A DNA stretch of 32,000 nucleotides, taken from Candidatus Arthromitus sp. SFB-rat-Yit. GTDB lineage: Bacteria > Bacillota > Clostridia > Clostridiales > Clostridiaceae. The DNA lies in the NCBI RefSeq assembly GCF_000283555.1, contig NC_016012.1, positions 840,001 through 872,000 on the forward strand, given 5' to 3'. This document shows, one piece after another, positions 1 to 7,856 of the stretch. Positions within the stretch are counted from its first letter, which is position 1. The number at the start of each line of letters is the position of its first letter. Under the pieces are notes generated by a model. It worked only from the letters and a program-made list of their open reading frames with translations. It made no database searches and had not been told where the DNA came from. A program made the position numbers and the translations under genes.

Positions 1-633
1 ATATCTTCCCTCATTTTTAAAATACATAACATCATCGCTAATTTCAACATCAAAATTATTCGAAGTTAGATCAGTTATATCGGATAAAAGCTTATTTACA
101 ATAATTTTTTCAATTCTAACTTTAAATATAACCTTTTCTTCATATAAAACATTATCTACATGAATTTTATTTACATCAAAAAAGTACTGTAATTTTCCAA
201 TAATCTCATACGGAACAATTATTGAGATTTCTTTACCTAAAACTCTATCAACTATCTTCGCTTTATCGATCACTCCACTGGCACCATTTACATAAGCCCT
301 AGTCAATCCTCCAACACCTAAAAGAATTCCTCCGAAATACCTTGTTACTACAACAATAATATCTGTTAATCCTCTTTTCTTAATTAATTCTATTATTGGT
401 ATTCCTGCCGTACCTCGTGGCTCTCCATCATCTGTATATCTTTGAATCAACATATCATTACCAATTACATAAGCATAAACATTGTGCCTAGCTTCATGAT
501 GCTTAGTCTTTATATCATCTATAAATTTTTTAGCCTCATATTCTGACTCAATATGCTTAATGTATCCTATAAAAATAGATTTCTTTTCTTCAAACTTGTA
601 TTCTGTTTCACCTATTATAGTTTTGTAATCCAA
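1..633 (-). CDS. yigZ: YigZ/IMPACT-family protein (UPF0029); 3' end runs off the window
   Basis: Not in the supplied ORF track because there is no stop in the window. My minus-strand translation from TTG at 633 reads LDYKTIIGETEYKFEEKKSIFIGYIKHIESEYEAKKFIDDIKTKHHEARHNVYAYVIGND..QRYTDDGEPRGTAGIPIIELIKKRGLTDIIVVVTRYFGGILLGVGGLTRAYVNG.. and stays open to base 1 (211 codons). DDGEP.GTAG and RYFGG..LG.GGL.RAY are the family signature. It starts 4 nt after the hflX stop. Confidence 0.85.
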   Translation of the reverse strand, partial: MDYKTIIGETEYKFEEKKSIFIGYIKHIESEYEAKKFIDDIKTKHHEARHNVYAYVIGNDMLIQRYTDDGEPRGTAGIPIIELIKKRGLTDIIVVVTRYFGGILLGVGGLTRAYVNGASGVIDKAKIVDRVLGKEISIIVPYEIIGKLQYFFDVNKIHVDNVLYEEKVIFKVRIEKIIVNKLLSDITDLTSNNFDVEISDDVMYFKNEGRY

Positions 634-636
634 TTT

Positions 637-2466
637 CTAATTCTCCAAACCTTCAATAATATATTTTTTAAATCTATTTAGCTTACTTTTTGGTACATCA
701 AAATTAACAAATGTTCCATTATCCAAATGTTTCTCTTGTATAATTTTGTAATCCTTATAGATAATGTTTAATATTGAATAATCCGAGTATGGAATCAATA
801 ATGACACGTTTTTATATTCCAAGCTTAATGTTTCCTCAATCAAGTTCAATAAGCTATCTATGTTAAATCCATTAAATGCAGAAATAAATATTGATTTTTC
901 ATTAGGATATAGTCTGTGTATTTTTATTTTAAATTCCTCTAATTCCTCATCTTTTAATTTGTCTACTTTATTAAATATCAGTATCCTATTTAAATTTTTA
1001 ATTCCAATTTCTTTCAAAACATTATCAGTTGTATCTATTTCAATTTCAAAATTACTAGAAGAAGAATCTACTACATGCAAAAGTAAATTACTATAAATAA
1101 CCTCCTCCAATGTCGATTTAAATGCATCCACCAAATCATGTGGCAATTTTTTAATGAAACCAACCGTGTCAGTTAAAGAAATTATGGTCTTTCTCGGTAA
1201 TAAAATCTTCCTGACAGTTGTATCCAATGTTGCAAATAACATATCGGCTTCAAACACAAGTTTTTTATCTAACTCTGTTTCACCTTCATTAGATGTCATA
1301 TAAATATAATTTCTTAATGTGGATTTACCTGCATTTGTATATCCTACTATTGATACTTGTGGTATATTGTTCTTTATCCTTGCGTCCCTTTGTACACTTC
1401 TCTCTAACTTTATTTTTTCAATTTCTTTCTTCAAATAATCAATTCTGCTTCTTATATATCTTCTATCCGTTTCAAGTTTAGTTTCTCCTGATCCTCCTCT
1501 TAAGCCTATACCACCTGACGTTCTATTTAAATCAGTATTTAATCCTCTAAGTCTTGAATATTTGTACTTCAATACAGCCAATTCAACTTGATATTTAGAA
1601 ACTTTAGATTTCGCCCTTCTTGCAAATATTTCTAAAATTAAAGTCGTCCTATCTATAACTCTAATTCCTGATATCTCTTCAAGAGCACGTATTTGTGATC
1701 CTGATAAATCATCGTCGAAAATCAACAATTTTATGTTTCTATGATAAATAGAATTTATTATTTCTTTAATCTTTCCCTTACCTATGTAATACATCGAGTC
1801 AGCCTTATCTCTTTTTTGAAAAAATGTATCATCAACATTTATACTGCAAGCATAAGCCAACTCTTTTAATTCTTCAAGACTCTCTAAAGTGTCACATCCT
1901 ATCAAAACGCAATTATCTTCAATTTTATTTTTATATATTTCAAGTTTAAAATTTTTCTCTATCTCTTGTATCTTTGTAAAAATGTCAAAATTCAAATAAT
2001 TTTCTAAATCTGAAAAAATATATTCTTCATATCCATTTCCTTCATAATTTTCTCCATAATTTCCAAGCACTCCTATTGAAAATCCATCAAATAATTTTTC
2101 ATTCGTAATATTAACAGCTGATATAGCATCCAATCTCAAATTTTTTAAACTAGCAATATCAACATTTGATAATTTAGGTGATGCATTTAAATGCGTATGA
2201 ATTACCCTACATCCACTTAATTTTTTCTTCTCTTTCAAATCGATATGAATTTTGGCATCACTACTTGTTCCAATTGAAATGCTATGAACAACTCCAGACC
2301 TTTCTAAAACAATGCATATCTCTTTATTAATTTTTAAACTTATTTCACATACCTTATATAAAATTTCTTCACTGATAATTAAATTTTTATCTGTTTTAAT
2401 ATCATGTAACTTTTCAAGTTCATTAAGATAACTTTTTTTAACGCCACTAATATCACCATGTATCAT
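637..2466 (-). CDS. hflX: GTPase HflX, long form with extra N-terminal domain
   Basis: 609-aa ORF. Residues ~185-609 are collinear with canonical HflX: YIGKGKIKEI, VIDRTTLILEIFARRAKSKVSKYQVELAVLKY, GGIGLRGGSGETKLETDRR, G1 GYTNAGKST, G3 DTVGF, G4 NKVD. ATG 2466 is preceded by TAGGAGTGA. The first ~180 aa are additional (see findings). Confidence 0.92.
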   Translation of the reverse strand: MIHGDISGVKKSYLNELEKLHDIKTDKNLIISEEILYKVCEISLKINKEICIVLERSGVVHSISIGTSSDAKIHIDLKEKKKLSGCRVIHTHLNASPKLSNVDIASLKNLRLDAISAVNITNEKLFDGFSIGVLGNYGENYEGNGYEEYIFSDLENYLNFDIFTKIQEIEKNFKLEIYKNKIEDNCVLIGCDTLESLEELKELAYACSINVDDTFFQKRDKADSMYYIGKGKIKEIINSIYHRNIKLLIFDDDLSGSQIRALEEISGIRVIDRTTLILEIFARRAKSKVSKYQVELAVLKYKYSRLRGLNTDLNRTSGGIGLRGGSGETKLETDRRYIRSRIDYLKKEIEKIKLERSVQRDARIKNNIPQVSIVGYTNAGKSTLRNYIYMTSNEGETELDKKLVFEADMLFATLDTTVRKILLPRKTIISLTDTVGFIKKLPHDLVDAFKSTLEEVIYSNLLLHVVDSSSSNFEIEIDTTDNVLKEIGIKNLNRILIFNKVDKLKDEELEEFKIKIHRLYPNEKSIFISAFNGFNIDSLLNLIEETLSLEYKNVSLLIPYSDYSILNIIYKDYKIIQEKHLDNGTFVNFDVPKSKLNRFKKYIIEGLEN

Positions 2467-2625
2467 AAAATCACTCCTAAGCTATAATTATTTTTTCAAG
2501 AATTATTCATTGTAAAAGTATAGATTATTAATTTCATGAAAGAATTAAAAATATAAGTCAAATAAAAAATAATTACAAATATCTTTAATATCTTTGAATT
2601 TTTCATTTGTTTCGATATTGCCATA

Positions 2626-2654
2626 TTTACATTTTTTTTTGATAGTTATATAAT
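2626..2654 (+). promoter_or_regulatory. Candidate sigma-A promoter for the class A PBP gene
   Basis: TTTACA (2626-2631), 17-nt spacer, TATAAT (2649-2654), about 50 nt upstream of ATG 2706. AT-rich background makes chance matches common. Confidence 0.4.
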
Positions 2655-2705
2655 TTAAGGGATTGTATAATCAAACAAGGAGCAAGAATTTACTGGGAGG
2701 AATAT

Positions 2706-5702
2706 ATGTCAAATAATAATAATTCTAGCAATAGTTCAAACTTAAATAATGAAGACAACAAGACTAAAACTATTCAGAATAATATTAACAATAAAAATAG
2801 TAAGAAATCAAAAAAAATTCTAACAACATTTTTAATTTTCATATTGTCAGTATTTTTAATTGGTGCACTTTCTGTTTTTGGATTTACTTTTGCAATAATT
2901 AAGACTTCTCCTCCATTAACTATAGAAGCCGTTACTGATCTTGATCAAGCATCTCAACTATTTGATGCTAATGGCGAGTTTATGGATGAAGTATTAAAAG
3001 CTGAAAAAAGATACGTTATTTCATTAGACGAAATACCTCTTCATTTACGTAATGCATTTATAGCTATAGAAGATGAAAGGTTTTACCAACACTCTGGTAT
3101 AGATGTGCAACGTATAATAGGTGCAGTAATAACTGACATCAAAAAAATTCTAAACAAACAGACAGGATTACATGGAGCTTCTACATTAACACAACAAGTT
3201 ATTAAAAATACTATTTTAACTAACGAAGTATCCATAGTTAGAAAAATACGTGAAATTTATTTAGCTTTAGAATTAGAAAAGCAATTAACAAAAGATCAAA
3301 TATTAGAAATATACTTAAACACAATATTTGTAGGGGGTAATGCATACGGTGTTGAAGCTGGGGCGTTGCAGTATTTTTCCAAAAATGCAAAAGATCTTAC
3401 TCTTGCACAATCCGCCTTTCTAGCTGGATCAACTCAACATCCTACAAGATATTACTCAAGTGCTATTAATTCTTCAGAGAGTCAATTTTATAAAAATAGG
3501 GCATTGACAGTTTTAAATAAAATGCTTGAACTTGGATATGTTGGTCAAGAGGATTATAACAAAGCTGTCGAAGAAATAAACAACGATCAAATTGGTTTCA
3601 ATATCAAAAAATTTAATGATAGTTATAATTATGAGTGGTTTGCTAGACCTGTAGTTGAAGAATTAACTAAAGATTTAAAAGAAGTTTATGGATATACAGA
3701 TGAAGAAATTAAGTTGCATTTAAGAAATGATGGGCTTAAAATTTATACTACAATGGATAAAACTTTGCAAGATCATGCTCAAAACATACTTGATAATGCA
3801 ACAAACTATATAAATTTATCTGAGTGGACAGATGAAAATGGAATAATTCAACCTCAGATGTCTGCTGTTGTTATTGATTTTAAGACTGGTCATGTTAAAA
3901 CAATTATTGGTGGACGTGGAACTCAAGATGCTAATTCGTATAACAGAGCTGCATCTGATAAATTCTTACGTTCTATCGGATCAACAGCAAAACCATTAAC
4001 AGCCTACACTCCTCTTATTGACTTAAAATTAGGTCATGCTGGAACAGGAGTTGAAGATTCTCCTTTATCTAAGGAATTATCTGATAAATACGAAGGATGG
4101 GATCCGACAAATGAAGTTAAAAATAACTTTATAGGATACACAAATATTAGATACTCACTTGAGAGATCTATCAACTTATCAGCTATAAAAATAGTCGATA
4201 CAGTTGGAATTAAAAACTCTTTAGATTATGGTAAAAAATTTGGATTACATTACAACAAAAAGTCAGAGAGTAGTATTGCAACATTAGCTTTAGGACAATT
4301 TAATAATGATCCTACTGATATAGATGGTGGTAACTCACTAATTTTAGCTTCAGCATTTAGCGTTTTTGCAAATGGTGGTGTTTTAACTGAACCTATTACT
4401 TACACTCATGTTGTAGATAAAAATGGTAAAGTAATATTAGAAAACAAACCTGATAAAACTCAAGTTGTTTCTCCTGAAACTGCTTATATAATGTATGATT
4501 TATTAAAAGGTCCTGTTGAAAGATATTCTTCTAAACCTGCTAAATTTAATGACATACCTGTAGTTGGTAAAACAGGTACAACTGAAAACAATAAAGATTT
4601 ATGGTTCGCAGGTACAACTCCTTATATGTCTGCAGCTATTTGGATTGGAGCAGATAAGCCAACAGAACTTAAAGATAAATATGGTAACAAACCTTTTAGT
4701 GGATCTACTGCAAGTGCATTATTTGGAAAGATTATGGCTAAAGCTCATGAATCACTACCACCTATAGATATTCCAAGACCTCAAGATATTGTGTCAGCAA
4801 ATATTTGTAGTGTATCAGGATTATTAGCTGGTCCATATTGTTCTTCTGATCCTAGAGGAAGTAAAGTTTATACAGAGATATTTGTAAAAGGAACTGTTCC
4901 AACTCATACTTGTGATATACACGTTCCTGTAACTATTAACTCATTGACGGGAGCTATAGCAACGGCAAGTACTCCTGAATATTTAAAAGAAACTCGTGTG
5001 TTCTTAAACAGAAAATATACTCCTAGCGTATATTTAAGTGATCAAAAATATGTTGCACCAAAAGTATACGATGATGGATCATATGAATTACCTGACAATA
5101 ATGATAATTTAAACCAAGATGGTGTAGATCCAGATGAAGAGTGGTTTGATAAAAACGATACTACTAAACCACCTGCAGATAATAACAATACAAATACTAC
5201 ACCGCCACCTACTGACAATAATACTGAAACTACTCCACCTGCAGATAATAACAACACAAATACTACACCACCACCTACTGACAATAATACTGAAACTACT
5301 CCACCTGCAGATAATAACAACACAGATAATAACAACACAAATACTACACCACCACCTACTGACAATAATGCTGAAACTACTCCACCTGCAGATAATAACA
5401 ATACAAATACTACACCGCCACCTACTGACAATAATACTGAAACTACTCCACCTACAGATGATAACAATACAAATACTACACCGCCACCTACAAATACAGA
5501 TAAATTTGATCCACCGATAATTGAAGAAACTCCTACTATTCCAACACCAAATCCAACTCCTGAAGTAGGGAATGATTCTAATAATATTAACAACAACAAT
5601 AACAATAATGAAACTACAAACCAATCAAATACAACAAATAATTCTGAAACAGAAAATACTCAAAATGAAAATCTAGATTCAGCTGATTTTGATTTCGGAT
5701 AA
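2706..5702 (+). CDS. Class A penicillin-binding protein (PBP1A-type bifunctional glycosyltransferase/transpeptidase) with repetitive Pro/Thr/Asn/Asp-rich C-terminal tail
   Basis: RBS GGGAGGA before the ATG. Asn/Lys-rich cytoplasmic head, then one TM segment (ILTTFLIFILSVFLIGALSVFGF). GT51 motifs AIEDERFYQHSGID and RKIREIYLALELEK. Transpeptidase motifs STAK (SxxK), SIN (SxN) and KTGTT. Cys-containing C-terminal module, then 22-aa repeats. Confidence 0.93.
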   Translation: MSNNNNSSNSSNLNNEDNKTKTIQNNINNKNSKKSKKILTTFLIFILSVFLIGALSVFGFTFAIIKTSPPLTIEAVTDLDQASQLFDANGEFMDEVLKAEKRYVISLDEIPLHLRNAFIAIEDERFYQHSGIDVQRIIGAVITDIKKILNKQTGLHGASTLTQQVIKNTILTNEVSIVRKIREIYLALELEKQLTKDQILEIYLNTIFVGGNAYGVEAGALQYFSKNAKDLTLAQSAFLAGSTQHPTRYYSSAINSSESQFYKNRALTVLNKMLELGYVGQEDYNKAVEEINNDQIGFNIKKFNDSYNYEWFARPVVEELTKDLKEVYGYTDEEIKLHLRNDGLKIYTTMDKTLQDHAQNILDNATNYINLSEWTDENGIIQPQMSAVVIDFKTGHVKTIIGGRGTQDANSYNRAASDKFLRSIGSTAKPLTAYTPLIDLKLGHAGTGVEDSPLSKELSDKYEGWDPTNEVKNNFIGYTNIRYSLERSINLSAIKIVDTVGIKNSLDYGKKFGLHYNKKSESSIATLALGQFNNDPTDIDGGNSLILASAFSVFANGGVLTEPITYTHVVDKNGKVILENKPDKTQVVSPETAYIMYDLLKGPVERYSSKPAKFNDIPVVGKTGTTENNKDLWFAGTTPYMSAAIWIGADKPTELKDKYGNKPFSGSTASALFGKIMAKAHESLPPIDIPRPQDIVSANICSVSGLLAGPYCSSDPRGSKVYTEIFVKGTVPTHTCDIHVPVTINSLTGAIATASTPEYLKETRVFLNRKYTPSVYLSDQKYVAPKVYDDGSYELPDNNDNLNQDGVDPDEEWFDKNDTTKPPADNNNTNTTPPPTDNNTETTPPADNNNTNTTPPPTDNNTETTPPADNNNTDNNNTNTTPPPTDNNAETTPPADNNNTNTTPPPTDNNTETTPPTDDNNTNTTPPPTNTDKFDPPIIEETPTIPTPNPTPEVGNDSNNINNNNNNNETTNQSNTTNNSETENTQNENLDSADFDFG
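5169..5491 (+). repeat. In-frame 66-bp tandem repeat (4 full units plus about 0.7 of a unit) inside the PBP1A gene
   Basis: Units begin at 5169, 5235, 5301, 5382 and 5448 (spacings 66, 66, 81, 66). Consensus ccacctgcagataataacaaYacaaatactacaccRccacctactgacaataatRctgaaactact encodes PPADNNNTNTTPPPTDNNTETT. Only 1-3 substitutions per unit. The third unit carries a nested 15-bp duplication. Confidence 0.95.
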
Positions 5703-5719
5703 AATTTTAAAAACAAAAA

Positions 5720-5761
5720 GGCCATATATCATGTAAATTATTTGATATATGACCTTTTTTT
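5720..5761. terminator. Bidirectional rho-independent terminator between convergent PBP1A and phosphoesterase genes
   Basis: GGCCATATATCA (5720-5731) pairs with TGATATATGACC (5743-5754) at 11/12 bp. It is flanked by an A-run upstream and T7 downstream. Confidence 0.75.
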
Positions 5762-6212
5762 ATATATTAAAAAATTTAACTTGAGGTTTACTCTCAATGT
5801 TCACTACTGCTAAGCTTATAGGTAGAGAAAATCTTCTTGGTCCAAAACTTCCTGGATTTAAAATTAATGTGTCATTAATATATTCTTCTGATGGTTTATG
5901 AGTATGTCCATGTATCACAATATCATAATTTGTATATTCCTCATTCATATAAGTCAAATCATGTATGACATATATACTAAGACTCCCATTCAAATTTAAT
6001 TTTTTATAATCTGGATATATATTTTGATTTAACATAAAATCATTATTTCCACTAATAGCTTCAACTTTACATATGGATTCTAGTTCATATATGGTGCTTT
6101 CTTTCACTATATCTCCTGCATGTATAATAAGATCGCAATCTTTAAAAAATTCATATACTTCTGTTCTTATTAATCCGTGAGTATCCGAAATAACTCCAAT
6201 ATTTTTTAACAA
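5760..6212 (-). CDS. YfcE/MJ0936-family metallophosphoesterase
   Basis: 150 aa with the calcineurin-like motif set GVISDTHG, HAGD, GNND and HGHTH. TTG start 5 nt after AAGGAGGAT. Confidence 0.85.
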   Translation of the reverse strand: MLKNIGVISDTHGLIRTEVYEFFKDCDLIIHAGDIVKESTIYELESICKVEAISGNNDFMLNQNIYPDYKKLNLNGSLSIYVIHDLTYMNEEYTNYDIVIHGHTHKPSEEYINDTLILNPGSFGPRRFSLPISLAVVNIESKPQVKFFNI

Positions 6213-6226
6213 TAGATATCCTCCTT

Positions 6227-6262
6227 AAAACGAAAAACCCCTTCATATATTTATAAGGAGTT
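6227..6262 (-). terminator. Candidate terminator after the HTH/coiled-coil gene
   Basis: On the minus strand AACTCCTT..(11-nt loop)..AAGGGGTT forms 8 bp including one G-U, followed by TTTCGTTTT. It lies between stop 6277 and the next RBS. Confidence 0.55.
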
Positions 6263-6276
6263 TTTTCATATCAATA

Positions 6277-6843
6277 TTAATTTTTCTTCCACCATTTTTT
6301 TGAATTCTTCTTCGCATCTAACTTACTTCTTAAATAAGGAATATTCTCATCAAATTTTGATGCTCTTTCTTCAAGCATTTCTAAAGTTTTATAGTACATC
6401 GTTTCTTGTAACAATTGTTCTCTATCTTTTTCCATAAGAGATTGACTGTTTTCAATTATAGACATTAACTTTTTAATTTGATTGTCCTTTTCCTTAATTT
6501 GTGCAGTAAGAAGACTTATTGACTCATCTGGATTTTTTTTATCTAACGAATGTCCTCCATTAATATGTAAAGTTTCACTATTATTCTCAGAAGAGTCAGT
6601 AACCATCTCTATCTGTTCAATCTTAGGTTCATCTTCAACAACCTGTTCTTCCGATTCAATTTCTTTACACATTATTTCAGTTAAAATTTGTAATCCTGAC
6701 TCGTCTAAGTATGTTTTCTTACTCTTATAAATAATACTCTCATTTAATTCTTTTGTCTTTCTTAATTCTTCATAAATACTTTTCTCTGAAACATTAAATT
6801 TTTGTGATAATTCTTTAATGCTATATAACTTTTCCAAAGCCAT
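6277..6843 (-). CDS. Hypothetical DNA-binding protein: N-terminal helix-turn-helix, acidic linker, coiled coil, basic/aromatic C-terminal tail
   Basis: 188 aa. N-terminus YSIKELSQKFNVSEKSIYEELRK looks like a MerR/excisionase-type HTH. The central region is acidic (EEQVVEDEPKIEQIE). The C-terminal heptad-like segment is LLTAQIKEKDNQIKKLMSIIENSQSLMEKDREQLLQE. It ends KKNSKKWWKKN. RBS AAAGGGGA. No family assignment is possible by eye. Confidence 0.6.
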   Translation of the reverse strand: MALEKLYSIKELSQKFNVSEKSIYEELRKTKELNESIIYKSKKTYLDESGLQILTEIMCKEIESEEQVVEDEPKIEQIEMVTDSSENNSETLHINGGHSLDKKNPDESISLLTAQIKEKDNQIKKLMSIIENSQSLMEKDREQLLQETMYYKTLEMLEERASKFDENIPYLRSKLDAKKNSKKWWKKN

Positions 6844-6881
6844 TCCCCTTTTGTCCCATTTTTTTCCATAATTATATGTTA

Positions 6882-6910
6882 ATTATATAATCATCTTAAG
6901 GATTTTTCAA
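6882..6910 (-). promoter_or_regulatory. Near-consensus sigma-A promoter for the HTH/coiled-coil gene
   Basis: Minus strand reads TTGAAA (6910-6905), 17-nt spacer aatccttaagatgatta, TATAAT (6887-6882), about 40 nt upstream of ATG 6843. Confidence 0.55.
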
Positions 6911-6958
6911 ATATAATAATAAATATTTACATTTATTTAACTGTTTCAGTGAATATTT

Positions 6959-7807
6959 TTAATTTGCTTGTATTGAGTGAGCTTTTACAACATTGCTCAA
7001 CAAATTAGTTACTGTCAGCAACCCAACTCCCCCTGGAACTGTTGTTATTTTTGAGCATTTCTCTATACAATCAAAAAAGTCAACATCGCCACATAATTTA
7101 TCATCTAAAAAATTTATACCAACATCTAAGATAACTGCATCTTCTTTAATAAAATCACTCTTTAAAAAGTTTGGTTGCCCTATACCAATAACTATAATAT
7201 CTGATTTTAAACATATCTCTTTCAAATTATTTGTATGTGAATGACAAACTGTAACCGTTGCATTATTTTGAAGAAATAAATGCATTAATGGTTTGCCTAC
7301 TAAGTCACTTCTATTAATTATAGCTACATTTTTTCCATCTATATCTAAATCATTATGCTTTAATATTTCTATAACCCCTTGAGCTGTACATGGAATTAAA
7401 CAATCTTTATTGCTGTATAACTTTCCTTTGTTTATAATTGAAAATCCATCTACATCTTTTGTATACAATATAGAATCATTTATAACTTGTGAATCAATAT
7501 GAGCTGGTAATGGAAATTGAACAATTATTCCCGTCACATTATCACTTTCATTTAGTCTATGTATAATTTTTAGCAATTCATCCTGACTCACTTTTTCATC
7601 TAATTTTATTAGTTCTGATTCAATTCTACATCTTTCACATGCTTTTAGCTTATTATTAATGTAAGAATTACTTGCGAAATCATCACCAACTTGTATAATA
7701 ACCAATCTTAACTTCAAAGAATTTTCCAATATATATTTTGCTATACCTACTTCTTTTAAATCTCTATATTCCTTACAATTAAGAATCTTATAAGAATAAT
7801 CTTTCAT
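6959..7807 (-). CDS. folD: Bifunctional 5,10-methylene-tetrahydrofolate dehydrogenase/cyclohydrolase
   Basis: Collinear FolD sequence: LVIIQVGDDFASNSYINNKLKA, GIIVQFPLP, DVDGF, AIINRSDLVGKPL, TVCHSHT, TTVPGGVGLLTV. The ORF-track start (GTG 7816) lies inside the RBS AGAGGTGAT, so I place the start at ATG 7807 (MKDYSYK...). Confidence 0.93.
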   Translation of the reverse strand: MKDYSYKILNCKEYRDLKEVGIAKYILENSLKLRLVIIQVGDDFASNSYINNKLKACERCRIESELIKLDEKVSQDELLKIIHRLNESDNVTGIIVQFPLPAHIDSQVINDSILYTKDVDGFSIINKGKLYSNKDCLIPCTAQGVIEILKHNDLDIDGKNVAIINRSDLVGKPLMHLFLQNNATVTVCHSHTNNLKEICLKSDIIVIGIGQPNFLKSDFIKEDAVILDVGINFLDDKLCGDVDFFDCIEKCSKITTVPGGVGLLTVTNLLSNVVKAHSIQAN

Positions 7808-7856
7808 GAATATCACCTCTTAATAATCATATAAAAATATTTTTTCAAACTCAATA

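Noticed and set aside
860-1481. Plus-strand ORFs of 78 and 62 aa inside hflX
   Set aside because: Antisense shadow ORFs in AT-rich DNA. Low-complexity hydrophobic translations, no RBS, and the opposite strand encodes a full-length conserved GTPase.
5169-5491. Regularly spaced repeat that could superficially resemble a CRISPR array
   Set aside because: The units are contiguous with no unique spacers, are in frame within a CDS, have a 66-bp period, and no cas genes or leader are present.
5042-5624. Three long ORFs (187, 171 and 128 aa) in alternative and antisense frames over the PBP1A 3' region
   Set aside because: They exist only because the 66-bp repeat lacks stop codons in several frames. 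Their products are repetitive nonsense (VGGGVVFVLL.., CRWSSFSII.., ILHRHLLTII..). They have no RBS and lie wholly inside a well-supported PBP reading frame.
7808-7856. Looked for a ZTP (pfl) or other riboswitch upstream of folD
   Set aside because: Only 49 nt separate the GT2 stop from the folD ATG, most of it RBS context. That is too short for a ZTP aptamer, and no conserved pseudoknot elements are visible.
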